Positions 12,158 through 23,075 of a stretch of DNA of 64,000 nt are shown in pieces. This DNA is from an uncultured Gemmatimonadales bacterium (GTDB lineage: Bacteria > Gemmatimonadota > Gemmatimonadetes > Longimicrobiales > RSA9). The notes beneath the pieces are model-generated. The model was not told where the DNA came from and did not search any database. It saw only the letters and a program-made list of their open reading frames with translations. The position numbers and the translations under genes are program-made. Position 1 is the first letter of the stretch, and each line of letters starts with the position of its first letter. The stretch is from positions 1 to 64,000 of the forward strand of contig CAWCUS010000005.1 in the NCBI GenBank assembly GCA_963798845.1, read 5' to 3'.

Positions 12158-13269
12158 CGGAACTGGAGACGCTCGGCGACTTCGGGCTCTCGTGGCTGGA
12201 GGCCACCGGTCCGCACTCGGATGTGGTCCTGTCCACGCGCGTCCGTCTCGCGCGCAACCTCCAGGGTCACGCGTTCAGTCCGCGCATCCAGGACGAGGAG
12301 CGGCGCCAGATCCTGACGGCGGTCCAGTCCGCGGCGGAACGGACCACGCTGCTGCGCGACGGGGTGCGCATCGATATCGCGGGGCTCCCGCGCCTCTCAC
12401 GGCAGGTCCTGCTGGAGCGGCACCTGGTCTCGCGCGAGCTCGTGGGAGAGGGTGGCCCCGGGCCGCACGCCGGCGCCGGCCTCCTGCTGGGGTCCGCGGA
12501 CGAGACGGGTGTGATGGTGAACGAGGAGGACCACCTCCGGCTCCAGAGTCTCCGCTCGGGCCTCTGCCTGCGCGAGGCGCACGCGCAGGTGGACGGTCTG
12601 GACGAGGAGATGGGCGCGCAGCTCCCGATGGCGTACCATCACGAGTTCGGCTACCTCACGAGCTGCCCGACGAACGTGGGAACGGGGCTGCGGGCGTCGA
12701 TCCTGATCCACCTTCCCGGGCTGGTGCTCACGAAGGAGATCGGGAAGGTGCTCCAGGGCATCGGGCAGGTTGGGCTGACGTTCCGGGGGCTGTACGGCGA
12801 AGGGTCGGAAGTGGTCGGGAACTTCTTCCAGGTCTCCAACCAGACCACGCTGGGGAAGCCGGAGGAGGATCTGATCGACCACCTGCAGAAGATCGTGGAG
12901 CAGGTGATCCAGTACGAGATGCAGGCCCGCTCGGTGCTCATGCGCGAAGCGCCGGGGGTGATGGAGGACAAGATCTGGCGAGCCTATGGGCTCCTGCGTT
13001 ATGCTCGCAGCCTGTCCTTCGACGAGGTGATGAACCTGTTGAGCGGAGTGCGGCTCGGGGTGAGCATGAAACTGCTCTCGGGGCCCAGTGTATACACGCT
13101 CAACAAGATCATGATCTATACGCAGCCGGCCCACCTGGAAGAGGCGGCCGGCCGCTCCCTCGCCGAAGCGGAGGCCGACCTGCACCGGGCCTCGTTCGTC
13201 CGGCGCACGCTGGATGAAGATGAAGGGGCCAGGGATGGAAGCGTTGGCAACGGCTCGGAAGTTGAATAG
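12154..13269 (+). CDS. mcsB: Protein-arginine kinase McsB
   Basis: [16 protein letters not shown] and [16 protein letters not shown] motifs; lies between mcsA and clpC. Confidence 0.93.
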   Translation: MTELETLGDFGLSWLEATGPHSDVVLSTRVRLARNLQGHAFSPRIQDEERRQILTAVQSAAERTTLLRDGVRIDIAGLPRLSRQVLLERHLVSRELVGEGGPGPHAGAGLLLGSADETGVMVNEEDHLRLQSLRSGLCLREAHAQVDGLDEEMGAQLPMAYHHEFGYLTSCPTNVGTGLRASILIHLPGLVLTKEIGKVLQGIGQVGLTFRGLYGEGSEVVGNFFQVSNQTTLGKPEEDLIDHLQKIVEQVIQYEMQARSVLMREAPGVMEDKIWRAYGLLRYARSLSFDEVMNLLSGVRLGVSMKLLSGPSVYTLNKIMIYTQPAHLEEAAGRSLAEAEADLHRASFVRRTLDEDEGARDGSVGNGSEVE

Positions 13270-13307
13270 GACGTCGTCGGAGGGACGACTCCCGCTATGA
13301 GGCACCG

Positions 13308-15791
13308 ATGAACTACAACTTCACTGACAGGGTGCGGAAGGTACTCGCGATGGCGCGCGAGGAGGCGATCCGTCTCCAGCACGACTATGTGGGGACCGAG
13401 CACATCCTCCTGGGACTCATCCGGGAGGGTGAAGGCGTGGCCGCCGCGGTCCTCATGAATCTGAACGTGGACCTGGAGCAGATCCACGAGCGGATCGAGG
13501 AGTCCGTGAAGAAGGGGAAGGCCACCATCGCGCTCGGCGAGCTCCCCTACACTTCGCGCGCCAAGAAGGTGCTGGAGTACGCCATGGCGGAGGCGCGCGA
13601 GCTGAACCACTCCTACGTCGGCACCGAGCACCTTCTGCTCGGCCTGCTGCGCGAGGAGAAGGGGATCGCCGCGCAGGTGCTCAACTCCCTCGGTCTCACG
13701 CTCGACGAGGCGCGCTCGGAGACGCTCAAGCTGCTGGGCAGCGACGTCAACCCGAGCCAGCCGTCCACGCCCGGCGGCGGGGGGGGCGGCCCCACCGCCT
13801 CGAAGGGGGAGAAGAAGTCGAAGACACCGGCGCTGGACCACTTCTGTCGCGACCTGACGGAGCTGGCTCGCAACGATGAGCTCGACCCGACGATCGGTCG
13901 GGAATCGGAGATCGAGCGGGTCATGGAAGTGCTGTCGAGGCGCAAGAAGAACAACCCGGTGCTGATCGGCGAAGCCGGGGTGGGAAAGACCGCGATCGTC
14001 GAGGGGCTGGCCCAGCTCATCGCGAATGGCGACGTGCCGGACAGCCTCAAGGACCACCGCGTCCTGGCACTGGACATGGCCGCCGTGATCGCGGGGACGA
14101 AGTACCGCGGTCAGTTCGAGGAGCGGCTGAAGGCGATCATGAACGAGATCGCGCAGAACAAGAACGTGATCCTGTTCATCGACGAGCTGCACACGCTGGT
14201 CGGCGCGGGCGCGGCGGAAGGGGCCATCGACGCTTCCAACATGCTGAAGCCGGCGCTGGCGCGGGGCGAGCTCCAGTGCGTGGGCGCCAGCACGCTGAAC
14301 GAGTACCGCAAGTACATCGAAAAGGATGGCGCGCTGGAGCGCCGGTTCCAGACGGTGATCGTGGATCCGCCCACGGTGGAGGAGTCCATCGACATCCTGA
14401 AGGGCCTGCGCAGGCACTACGAGGACCACCACCGCGTGGAGATCCCCGACGAGACGCTGAGCGCATCCGTAAAGCTGAGCGAGCGCTACATCACCGACCG
14501 GTTCCTCCCCGACAAGGCGATCGACGTGATCGACGAGGCGGGTGCCCGGGCCCGGCTGGCCACGCAGGTGCCGCCGCCGGAAGTGACCGAGCTGAAGGAA
14601 GAGCTCGAGGAGCTGGCGGAGAAGAAGGACGAGGCGATCCGCGACCAGGACTTCGAGCGCGCGGCGGAGCTGCGGGACAAGGAGCGCGAGCTCCAGGCGG
14701 AGATCCGGAAGCGCGAGGAGGAGTGGGCGGAGGAGCGGAAACAGCACCGTCCGGTGATCGGCGTGGAAGACGTCGCCTTCATCGTGAGCCGCTGGACCGG
14801 CATCCCGGTGACGCGGCTGAAGGAGGCGGAGACGGAGCGGCTGGTCAACATGGAAGCCGAGATCCACAAGCGCGTGGTGGGCCAGGAGGAGGCGATCAAG
14901 GCCATCAGCCGCGCCATCCGCCGGAGCCGTGCGGGGCTCAAGAACCCGGATCGCCCGATCGGCAGCTTCATCTTCAGCGGCCCCACCGGCGTTGGGAAGA
15001 CGGAGCTGGCGCGGGCGCTGGCGGAGTTCCTGTTCGCCGACCGCGACGCGCTCATCCGCGTGGACATGAGCGAGTACATGGAGAAGTTCTCCGTGTCCAG
15101 GCTCATCGGCGCGCCTCCCGGCTACGTGGGCTACGAGGACAGCGGCACCCTCACCAAGGCGGTGCGACGCCGGCCCTACAGTGTGGTGCTGCTGGACGAG
15201 ATCGAGAAGGCGCACCCCGACGTGTTCAACATCCTGCTCCAGGTCCTGGATGAGGGGCACCTGACGGACAACTATGGGCGCGTGATCGATTTCAAGAACA
15301 CGGTGCTGATCATGACGTCCAACCTCGGAGCCCGCGACATCAGCACGGGGAAGTCGACGCTCGGGTTCCATCAGCGCGACGCGGAGACCACGTACGAGCG
15401 GATGCAGAACAAGGTCACCGAGGAGATCGAGCGGGCATTCAACCCCGAATTCCTGAACCGCGTGGACGACATCATCGTCTTCCACCCGCTCAGCAAGGAG
15501 CAGATCGGCGAGATCGTGCACATCATGCTGAAGGAAGTGCACACGCGACTGGCAGAGGAGGAGCTCGCGCTCACGGTGACCACTGAAGCGGTGAAGTTCC
15601 TGGTGGACAAGGGCTACGACGAGAAGTTCGGAGCGCGGCCGCTGCGTCGCGCGATCCAGCGCTACCTGGAAGACCCGCTCTCGGAGAAGATCCTGGTGCA
15701 GGAGTTCTCGCCCGGGGACGAGATCGAGGCGGACGTGACAGAAGAGGGGGACGCGCTGGAATTCCGCGTCCCATCGTCCAGCAAGACATGA
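13308..15791 (+). CDS. clpC: ATP-dependent Clp protease ATPase ClpC
   Basis: Two Clp_N repeats (GTEH), Walker A GEAGVGKT and [11 protein letters not shown] middle domain, LGF ClpP-docking loop. Confidence 0.96.
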   Translation: MNYNFTDRVRKVLAMAREEAIRLQHDYVGTEHILLGLIREGEGVAAAVLMNLNVDLEQIHERIEESVKKGKATIALGELPYTSRAKKVLEYAMAEARELNHSYVGTEHLLLGLLREEKGIAAQVLNSLGLTLDEARSETLKLLGSDVNPSQPSTPGGGGGGPTASKGEKKSKTPALDHFCRDLTELARNDELDPTIGRESEIERVMEVLSRRKKNNPVLIGEAGVGKTAIVEGLAQLIANGDVPDSLKDHRVLALDMAAVIAGTKYRGQFEERLKAIMNEIAQNKNVILFIDELHTLVGAGAAEGAIDASNMLKPALARGELQCVGASTLNEYRKYIEKDGALERRFQTVIVDPPTVEESIDILKGLRRHYEDHHRVEIPDETLSASVKLSERYITDRFLPDKAIDVIDEAGARARLATQVPPPEVTELKEELEELAEKKDEAIRDQDFERAAELRDKERELQAEIRKREEEWAEERKQHRPVIGVEDVAFIVSRWTGIPVTRLKEAETERLVNMEAEIHKRVVGQEEAIKAISRAIRRSRAGLKNPDRPIGSFIFSGPTGVGKTELARALAEFLFADRDALIRVDMSEYMEKFSVSRLIGAPPGYVGYEDSGTLTKAVRRRPYSVVLLDEIEKAHPDVFNILLQVLDEGHLTDNYGRVIDFKNTVLIMTSNLGARDISTGKSTLGFHQRDAETTYERMQNKVTEEIERAFNPEFLNRVDDIIVFHPLSKEQIGEIVHIMLKEVHTRLAEEELALTVTTEAVKFLVDKGYDEKFGARPLRRAIQRYLEDPLSEKILVQEFSPGDEIEADVTEEGDALEFRVPSSSKT

Positions 15792-18256
15792 ATCGAGTGA
15801 CATCCAGGACGATCATGGGGGCGGCCGCGGTCGCGGTCGCCTCTTTCGTCGCGGCGGTCGGTACCACGCCGCTGTCGGGGCAGGAGCCGACGGGCACGCA
15901 GCCGGTCGGCGCGGTTCAGCCGGTGAAGGTGGAAGCGGTGGACGTCCGCGGGAACGAGCGGCTCTCGGACGACATCATCCTGTCCACGGCAGGGATCCGG
16001 CTCGGGGACGAGATCACCTACCGGGACATCCAGGACGCGATCCACCGTCTGTGGGTGACGCAGCAGTTCTCAGACGTGAAGGTGTACGCGGAGAACGTGG
16101 AGCCGTCGAACCCGCAGTCGGGCGTGCGGCTGATCGTGGACGTGAAGGAGCAGCCGTTCGTCTCCTACGTGGACATCCAGGGGCTGGAGCACATCCGGGC
16201 GAAGACGGTACGCGACAGTGCCCGGCTGGGGGCGGCGCAGCCGTACGATCCGGCGCGGGTGGCGCGGGCGGAGTCGCTGATCCGGGACATGCTGGCGAAG
16301 AAAGGGATCCGGGTCAACGAAATCGAGCACCGCCTGGTACCGGTCGAGGAGGGGAAGGACGAGTACCGGCTGGTGATCGACGTGCAGGAGGGGCAGCGGG
16401 TCGCCATCTCGGAGATCCACTTCGTGGGCAACGAAGTCTTCGACGCCGGCGAGCTCGAGGGCGCCATGTCGACCAAGGAGGAAGGCTTCCTCTGGTACCA
16501 CTCCGGGCTGTACGACGAGGATTCGTTCCAGGCCGACCTGCGCCAGAATCTCCCCACCTTCTACGGCAGCCACGGCTACATCGACTTCGGTGTGACGCGT
16601 GACACGCTGGTCGTGGATCCGGAGACGGGGAAGGGGCGGATCACCATCTGGGTGAACGAAGGACCGAAGTACCGGCTGGTGGACTTCGAGGTTCGAGGGA
16701 ACCGGCAGTTTCCCACCGAGGACCTGAAGCGGTACTACGAGAGCTCGCGCGGTGGGCTGCTGGCCAGCTTCGGGATCGGCGGGATCGGCGCCGAGCAGGG
16801 CCAGCTGGCGTCCAACACGCCGGTGTTCAACCAGGGGCGCTTCGATCAGGCCACGGAGGACGTGAGGCAGGCGTACCGCAACGAGGGATACCTGTACGCG
16901 CAGGTGGTCCCGTTCGTGGAGCGCACCGAGACGGACTCGGGCGAGCCGGCGGTGCGCGTGGGCTGGAACATCGCGGAAGGGGAGCCCGCGTACGTCAATC
17001 GCGTGATGATCGCGGGGAACACGTACACGCACGAGGACGTGATCCGCGACCGGATCTTCCTGCTCCCGGGCGACGTCTACAACGAGGACCTGCTGATCCA
17101 GAGCTACCGGAGCATCATGGGACTGGGCTTCTTCGAGACGCCAATGCCCACGCCCGAGCTGGACCAGCTCGACAATGGGGACATCAACGTCACCTTCGAC
17201 GTGAAGGAGAAGCAGACCGGCTCGGTCAACTTCGGCACGACGGTCGGCGGGTGGGGCGGCATCGCGGGCTTCATCGGGTACGACCAGCCGAACCTCTTCG
17301 GCCAGGCGAAGTCGGGACACCTGCGCTGGGAATTCGGGCAGGCCTACAACAACTTCCAGGCGAGCTACACGGATCCCGCCATCCAGGGGTCGCAGGTCAG
17401 CGGGTCCGTCTCGCTGTTCAGCACGAAGCAGAATCGGTTCTTCAGCTTCCCGGAGGGGGAGCGACGCAACACGGGTGGATCGCTGCGCTTCGGCGTCCCG
17501 TTCCCGCTGGATCGCAGATTCTCCCGCGTATTCCTGGGCTACCAGCTGTCGCGCACGTCGTACCGCAATTTCGGCGACAACGCGGACGCCCTGTTCGGGC
17601 TTCCGCCGGGCGTGCTGAGCACCATTTCGCTCTCGCTCCTGCGGAATACGCTGGACAATCCCATGTTCCCGACCGTCGGGACGCGGCACGAGCTGGAGGC
17701 GGACCTGAGCGGCGGGCCGCTCGGCGGCGACGGGAACTTCCAGAAGTACACCGCCACCGGCCAGTGGTGGACGCCCGTGGCGCAGTTCGGCGGCGGGCAG
17801 CCGGGTGTACGTCCAGTTCGCACCTCGCTGGGACTCACGGTGGCCGGAGGTGCGATCGTCGGCAACGCGGGCGAGTTCCCGTTCGAGCGATTCTGGATGG
17901 GCGGCGTGCAGTTCGGCGAGCAGCTGCGCGGCTATGACGAAACGACCATCACTCCGGCGGGGTACCTGCCGAGGGGCAATGGAACGCTGTCGGACCGGCT
18001 GGGCAATGCGTTCATCCGGCTCTCGGCGGAGTATGCAGTCCGGTTCAACGACAACGTGTCCGTGTCGCTGTTCGGCGACGCCGGCAACCTGTGGCGGGAC
18101 CCCATGGAGGTGAACCCGACCAGGCTGTTTCGGGGTGCGGGCCTCGGGGTCCAGCTGGTGACGCCGTTCGGGCCCATGGGGCTCGACTACGCGTACGGCT
18201 TCGACAAGACAGAGCCCGGGTGGCAGCTCCACTTCAAATTCGGGCAGACGTACTAG
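15788..18256 (+). CDS. bamA: Outer-membrane protein assembly factor BamA
   Basis: Signal peptide, repeated POTRA motifs (VRGN, FVGN, IAGN), LRGY motif, [13 protein letters not shown] and C-terminal FKFGQTY. Confidence 0.93.
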   Translation: MNRVTSRTIMGAAAVAVASFVAAVGTTPLSGQEPTGTQPVGAVQPVKVEAVDVRGNERLSDDIILSTAGIRLGDEITYRDIQDAIHRLWVTQQFSDVKVYAENVEPSNPQSGVRLIVDVKEQPFVSYVDIQGLEHIRAKTVRDSARLGAAQPYDPARVARAESLIRDMLAKKGIRVNEIEHRLVPVEEGKDEYRLVIDVQEGQRVAISEIHFVGNEVFDAGELEGAMSTKEEGFLWYHSGLYDEDSFQADLRQNLPTFYGSHGYIDFGVTRDTLVVDPETGKGRITIWVNEGPKYRLVDFEVRGNRQFPTEDLKRYYESSRGGLLASFGIGGIGAEQGQLASNTPVFNQGRFDQATEDVRQAYRNEGYLYAQVVPFVERTETDSGEPAVRVGWNIAEGEPAYVNRVMIAGNTYTHEDVIRDRIFLLPGDVYNEDLLIQSYRSIMGLGFFETPMPTPELDQLDNGDINVTFDVKEKQTGSVNFGTTVGGWGGIAGFIGYDQPNLFGQAKSGHLRWEFGQAYNNFQASYTDPAIQGSQVSGSVSLFSTKQNRFFSFPEGERRNTGGSLRFGVPFPLDRRFSRVFLGYQLSRTSYRNFGDNADALFGLPPGVLSTISLSLLRNTLDNPMFPTVGTRHELEADLSGGPLGGDGNFQKYTATGQWWTPVAQFGGGQPGVRPVRTSLGLTVAGGAIVGNAGEFPFERFWMGGVQFGEQLRGYDETTITPAGYLPRGNGTLSDRLGNAFIRLSAEYAVRFNDNVSVSLFGDAGNLWRDPMEVNPTRLFRGAGLGVQLVTPFGPMGLDYAYGFDKTEPGWQLHFKFGQTY

Positions 18257-18277
18257 CGAGTGAAAGGTGGTTGGAGG

Positions 18278-18817
18278 ATGAGGTTCAAGGCGAGTATGGC
18301 CCTGGCGCTGGGACTGGTGCTCACCGCAGGTAGTCAGCTGGCGGCGCAGAGCGCCAACATCGTGTTCATCGACTCGGAGCGGCTTCGCAACGAGGCGCCG
18401 GGTCTGCAGGCGGCGAAGGCGCAGATCCAGCAGGAGATGAGCAAGTTCGAAGCGCAGGCGGACAGCACGATGGCACCGCTGCAGCAGGAGCTCCAGAACG
18501 AACTGCAGCAGTTCCAGCAGCAGCAGAGCATGATGACCGCGGAGAAGCGGCAGGAGCGGCAGCAGGCGCTGCAGCAGAAGCAGCAGCAGCTCCAGCAGCG
18601 CGGACAGGAGCTCCAGCAGCAGGCGCAGACCAAGCAGAACCAGATCCTGCAGCCGGCGCTCGAGCACATCAACCAGGTGATCGACCAGATTCGTTCCGAG
18701 AAGGGGTACAGCTTCATCCTCAATGTCGCCTCGGGGGGCGTGATCGCGGCGGACCCGTCGCTGGACATCACGGCGGAAGTGCTGCGTCGCCTGAAGGGCG
18801 GAGCGAGCCAGGGTTAG
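18278..18817 (+). CDS. skp: OmpH/Skp periplasmic chaperone
   Basis: Signal peptide, IVFIDS, Gln-rich coiled coil, GYSFIL...DITAEVL; between bamA and lpxD. Confidence 0.88.
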   Translation: MRFKASMALALGLVLTAGSQLAAQSANIVFIDSERLRNEAPGLQAAKAQIQQEMSKFEAQADSTMAPLQQELQNELQQFQQQQSMMTAEKRQERQQALQQKQQQLQQRGQELQQQAQTKQNQILQPALEHINQVIDQIRSEKGYSFILNVASGGVIAADPSLDITAEVLRRLKGGASQG

Positions 18818-18859
18818 CGGCTGGATCGGACATCCACTCGAGATGAGGGGGCGGAGCGG

Positions 18860-19888
18860 GTGAAGGGTTCCGACATTGCGCGCCTGCTCGACGCGGAGCT
18901 GAAGGGGGGAGCCGACCCGGAGATCACGGGCGCGGCTCCCCTCGATCGTGCGGAACCGGGGGACCTCTCGTTCGTTGCTCAGCCCCGGTACCTCTCTTAC
19001 CTTCACGCGTCGCGCGCGGGGGTGCTCCTGGTGGCGGCTTCCCTTGCGGACCGGGTCGACCCGGCGCGGGCGCGCATCGTCGTCGACGACGTGCATGCGA
19101 GCCTGATCCGGGTGCTGCCCCGACTCCACCCTGAAGCGCCGTCTCCACCGCGAGTACACCCGTCCGCGGTGGTGGCGGCGGACGCGGAAGTGGGCGAGGG
19201 CGCAGGCATCGGCGCCGGGGCGGTGATCGGCGCCGGCGCGCGGGTGGGTCCGCGTGCGCGAATCGGCGAGCATGTGGTGGTCGGGCCCGGCTGCGTGCTG
19301 GGTGAGGACGTGGTTCTGCAGCCTCACGTGGTGCTCTATCGGCGGACGCGGATCGGTGCTCGTACCGTGGTGCACGCGGGCGCCCGCCTCGGGGTGGATG
19401 GGTTCGGCTTCGCGGCCGTGGACGGGGTGCCCACCAAGATCCCGCAGGTGGGCGACTGTGTGATCGGGAGCGACGTGGAGATCGGCGCCAACACGACGAT
19501 CGACCGCGGGTCCATCGGGTCGACCGAGATCGGGAACCACGTGAAGATCGACAACCTGGTCCACGTGGGGCACAACGTGCGCATTGGCGACGGCTCGATC
19601 ATCGTGGCCCAGGTTGGGATCGCGGGGAGCACGAAGCTCGGCCAGGGCGTAACGCTGGGTGGGCAGGCCGGCCTGAACGGCCATATCCGGATCGGGGACG
19701 GGGCGAAGGTCGCGGCGCAGGCAGGCGTGTTCGGTGACGTTCCCGCAGGCGAGGTTTGGAGCGGGTATCCGGCACGGCCGCACAGGCAGGCAATGCGGGC
19801 GCAGGCGAACCTGATGCGCCTCGACCGGCTGCGGCAGCAGGTGCGGGATCTGGAACGGGAGATCGAGGGCATGCGCGGAGCGGAATGA
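18860..19888 (+). CDS. lpxD: UDP-3-O-(3-hydroxyacyl)glucosamine N-acyltransferase
   Basis: DGFGF, IGANTTIDRG and KIDNLVHVGHNV motifs; hexapeptide repeats. Confidence 0.95.
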   Translation: MKGSDIARLLDAELKGGADPEITGAAPLDRAEPGDLSFVAQPRYLSYLHASRAGVLLVAASLADRVDPARARIVVDDVHASLIRVLPRLHPEAPSPPRVHPSAVVAADAEVGEGAGIGAGAVIGAGARVGPRARIGEHVVVGPGCVLGEDVVLQPHVVLYRRTRIGARTVVHAGARLGVDGFGFAAVDGVPTKIPQVGDCVIGSDVEIGANTTIDRGSIGSTEIGNHVKIDNLVHVGHNVRIGDGSIIVAQVGIAGSTKLGQGVTLGGQAGLNGHIRIGDGAKVAAQAGVFGDVPAGEVWSGYPARPHRQAMRAQANLMRLDRLRQQVRDLEREIEGMRGAE

Positions 19889-21168
19889 GCGTACCGAGCC
19901 AGCAGACGATCGCGGGTGAAGCAGCGCTGGAGGGCGCGGGCGTCCACACAGGGCAGCACGCGCGCATCCGTTTCCTTGCCGCGGATCCCGACACGGGAGT
20001 GCGCTTCCGGCGGATGGACATGGATGGCGCGCCCGAGATCGCGGTATCGCTCGAGAACGTGGTGGACACGCAACTCGGAACGACGCTGGCCTCGGAGGGC
20101 GTGGCGGCGCGCACCGTGGAGCACGTCCTCGCGGCCGTGGGGGCGCATCGCCTGGACAACCTGGTGATCGAGATCTCGGGTCCGGAGGTGCCGATCGTGG
20201 ACGGCAGCTTCCTCCCCTACTATCAGCTCCTCGCCAATGCGGGGATCCGGGAGCAGGGCGTGCCCGCTCGCGTGCTGCGGCTATCGGCGCCGGTGAGCGT
20301 GGACGGGCCGAACGGCGGGAACTACGTGTGCGCGCCGGCGGCAGACCTGCGCGTGTCGGCCACCATCGAGTTCGATCACCCCCTGGTGCGCCGGCAGTTC
20401 GCGTCGTTCAACATCGACGAGGGCTTCGGGCGCGACCTCGCCCCGGCCAGGACGTTCGGGTTCCTGCGGGACAAGGAGGCGCTGCACTCGCAGGGGCTGG
20501 CGCTGGGCGCCAGCCTGGAGAATACGGTCGTCCTGGACGAGGCCGGGGTGGTCGAGGGGCAGGAGCTGCGCTTCGCGGACGAGTTCGTCCGGCACAAGAT
20601 CGGCGACCTGGTGGGGGACCTGACGGTTCTCGGCGGACGGGTGGCGGGCCACGTCGTGGCCGAGCGGCCGAGCCACGCCGGGAATATCGCGCTGGCCAAG
20701 GCGATCCGGGCGTCCGCCCGCCGCGGCGGCGATGGCGTGGTGGACATCACGAAGATCCTGCAGTATCTGCCCCACCGGTTTCCGATGCTCCTGGTGGACC
20801 GGATCATCGATTTCGAGGCGAGGAAGCGGATCGTCGGGATCAAGAACGTGACGATCAACGAGCCGTTCTTCCAGGGCCACTACCCGGGGCACCCCATCAT
20901 GCCGGGGGTCCTGATCATCGAGGCGATGGCGCAGGTAGGCGGGCTGCTGCTGCTGGACGCGATCGAGAAGCCGGAAGACAAGGTCGTCTACTTCATGACA
21001 ATGGACAAAGTCAAATGGCGCCGTCCGGTGACGCCGGGGGATCAGCTGGTGTTCGAGCTGGAGATGCTGCAGTTCCGGGGACACACGTGCCGGATGAAGG
21101 GCCAGGGCTACGTGGCCGGGAACCTGGTGGCGGAAGGGGAGTTCATGGCCCGGATCGTGGATCGATGA
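19885..21168 (+). CDS. lpxC-fabZ: Bifunctional LpxC deacetylase / FabZ dehydratase
   Basis: TVEHVLAA, ARTFGF and RHKIGDL (LpxC) fused in frame to LPHRFPMLLVDR...FFQGHYPG (FabZ). Confidence 0.95.
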   Translation: MSVPSQQTIAGEAALEGAGVHTGQHARIRFLAADPDTGVRFRRMDMDGAPEIAVSLENVVDTQLGTTLASEGVAARTVEHVLAAVGAHRLDNLVIEISGPEVPIVDGSFLPYYQLLANAGIREQGVPARVLRLSAPVSVDGPNGGNYVCAPAADLRVSATIEFDHPLVRRQFASFNIDEGFGRDLAPARTFGFLRDKEALHSQGLALGASLENTVVLDEAGVVEGQELRFADEFVRHKIGDLVGDLTVLGGRVAGHVVAERPSHAGNIALAKAIRASARRGGDGVVDITKILQYLPHRFPMLLVDRIIDFEARKRIVGIKNVTINEPFFQGHYPGHPIMPGVLIIEAMAQVGGLLLLDAIEKPEDKVVYFMTMDKVKWRRPVTPGDQLVFELEMLQFRGHTCRMKGQGYVAGNLVAEGEFMARIVDR

Positions 21169-21977
21169 TGAGCGACAAGATGATGGAGACGACCCTGCCG
21201 TACGGATCGGGCGTGCACCCGACGGCGCTGGTGAGCGAGCTCGCTGAGTTGGGCAGCGGCGTGACGGTGGGCCCCGGGTCGATCGTCGGTCCCGGCGTCG
21301 TCATCGGGAACGGAACGGAGATCGGGTCGAACGTCCTGATCGAGCGGAGCACGGTGATCGGGCGCGACTGCCGCGTCTTTCACGGCGCAGTCCTCGGCAC
21401 GGAGCCGCAGGACCTGAAGTACGAGGGAGAGGACACGAAGCTGATCGTGGGCGACCGGACGATGATCCGGGAGTATGCCACCCTGAACCGCGGGACGCGG
21501 GCGTCCGGCCGGACGGTGGTGGGTAGAGACTGCCTCCTGATGGCGTACGTCCACGTGGCTCACGACTGCCACATCGGCGATCACGTGATCCTCTCGAATG
21601 CGGTGAACATGGGCGGGCACACCACCATCGGCGACTGGGCGATCGTGGGCGGGCTCACCGCCATCCACCAGTTCGTCCGGATTGGCGAGCACGCGTTCGT
21701 GGGCGGCGCCTCCCGCGTCGCGAAAGACATCGCGCCCTACGTTCGCTGCTCCGGCAACCCGATGGCCATGGCCGGGCTGAACAGCGTGGGGCTGCGCCGG
21801 CGGGGCTTCAGCGACGACACTCGCCTGGCGCTGAAGCGCGCCTACCGCCTGTTCTTCAACTCGGAGTACAATGTTTCCCAGGCGCTGGTGCGGGCGAGGG
21901 CGGAACTGTTGCTGACGCCGGAAGTGGAGGCGTTCATCACGTTCTTCGAGGAGAGCGAGCGGGGCGTCTCGCTGTGA
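21165..21977 (+). CDS. lpxA: Acyl-ACP--UDP-N-acetylglucosamine acyltransferase
   Basis: VHPTA, PQDLKY, HVAHDC, IHQFVRIG, GLNSVGLRRRGF. Confidence 0.95.
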   Translation: MMSDKMMETTLPYGSGVHPTALVSELAELGSGVTVGPGSIVGPGVVIGNGTEIGSNVLIERSTVIGRDCRVFHGAVLGTEPQDLKYEGEDTKLIVGDRTMIREYATLNRGTRASGRTVVGRDCLLMAYVHVAHDCHIGDHVILSNAVNMGGHTTIGDWAIVGGLTAIHQFVRIGEHAFVGGASRVAKDIAPYVRCSGNPMAMAGLNSVGLRRRGFSDDTRLALKRAYRLFFNSEYNVSQALVRARAELLLTPEVEAFITFFEESERGVSL

Positions 21978-22972
21978 GCGGCACCGGCTTGCGGTTGGGG
22001 GTGGTCGGCACCGGGAGCCTCGGTTTTCACCACGCGCGGATCGCGCGTGAGCTGTCGGGCGTGGAGTTCGCCGGGGTGTACGATGCCGCTCCGGCGCGTC
22101 AGCAGGAGGTGGCGTCGAAGCTCGGCGTCACCGCCCACGCCACGCTGGACTCCCTGCTCGACGGGGTCGACGCAGTGGTGGTGGCGGTCCCCACGCAGGA
22201 ACACGAAGCCGTGGCCGTGCGGGCGTTGGTCCGTGGGGTCCACACGCTGATCGAGAAACCGATCGCGCCGACCCTCGAGGCGGCCGACCGTATCCTGGAG
22301 GCGGCGGCCGGGTCGGGCGCGCGCGTCCAGATCGGACACGTGGAGCGGTTCAACGGTGCGATCCGGGCTGCCGAGCCGTACCTCGACGAGGTCCTCTTCG
22401 TGGAAAGCCATCGCCTGGCTCCGTTCGGTCCGCGCGGGACCGACGTGGCGGTGGTGCTGGATCTCATGATCCACGACCTCGACCTGGTGCTCAGCCTGGT
22501 CGGCCATCCCGTGCAGGCGCTGGCCGCGGCCGGGATTCCCGTCCTCACGCCCAGCCCGGACATCGCGAACGCGCGGCTGGAGTTCGAGGGCGGCGGGGTG
22601 GCGAACCTGACGGCCAGCCGGGTATCCATGGAACGGCTGCGGAAGATCCGCTTTTTCCAGCGCTCCGGGTATCTCAGCCTCGACCTGGCGGCGGGGAAGG
22701 GGGAGTTCCTTCGCCTGCGTGAGGGGATGGTGCTGGAGCCGGGCGCCCACATGGAGGCGGAGAGCCTGCTGAAGCTGGTGGAGCGGATCGAGTTGACGGG
22801 CGACGGTCAGGAGCCGCTCCGCTGCGAGCTGGAAGCGTTCGTCGCCGCGCTGCGCGGCGAGGCCCCGGTCAAGGTCTCCGGGGAGGATGGACGGGCCGCG
22901 CTGGGCGTCGCCCTGGAGATCGTGCAACGAATCGAGGACCATGTCGCTGCTACGTATCAGGCGCGAGCGTAA
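21974..22972 (+). CDS. Gfo/Idh/MocA oxidoreductase, GnnA-like
   Basis: GVVGTGSLG, EKPIA, GHVERFN and DLMIHDLD motifs; sits between lpxA and lpxB. Confidence 0.85.
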   Translation: MSGTGLRLGVVGTGSLGFHHARIARELSGVEFAGVYDAAPARQQEVASKLGVTAHATLDSLLDGVDAVVVAVPTQEHEAVAVRALVRGVHTLIEKPIAPTLEAADRILEAAAGSGARVQIGHVERFNGAIRAAEPYLDEVLFVESHRLAPFGPRGTDVAVVLDLMIHDLDLVLSLVGHPVQALAAAGIPVLTPSPDIANARLEFEGGGVANLTASRVSMERLRKIRFFQRSGYLSLDLAAGKGEFLRLREGMVLEPGAHMEAESLLKLVERIELTGDGQEPLRCELEAFVAALRGEAPVKVSGEDGRAALGVALEIVQRIEDHVAATYQARA

Positions 22973-23075
22973 GGCGGAAGCGATCGGCCCCACGCGCCCG
23001 CCCCGACTGGGGCGGCTGATCGTGGGCCTGGCGATCGTGCTTCTCGCCATCTGGTATCTCTCGAGCCTGACGTGA
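22941..23075 (+). CDS. Small (44 aa) basic protein with a C-terminal membrane helix
   Basis: GAGGA RBS at 22934; MSLLRIRRERK...LIVGLAIVLLAIWYLSSLT; stop overlaps the lpxB GTG. Confidence 0.6.
   Translation: MSLLRIRRERKAEAIGPTRPPRLGRLIVGLAIVLLAIWYLSSLT

Noticed and set aside
18480..18650. CAG-rich repeats
   Set aside because: Gln-rich coiled coil of Skp
13116..19783. Very long antisense ORFs (895 aa and 1237 aa) opposite clpC and bamA-lpxD, and many similar ones elsewhere
   Set aside because: Shadow ORFs expected from high-GC codon bias; no recognisable motifs, and the sense genes are clearly real
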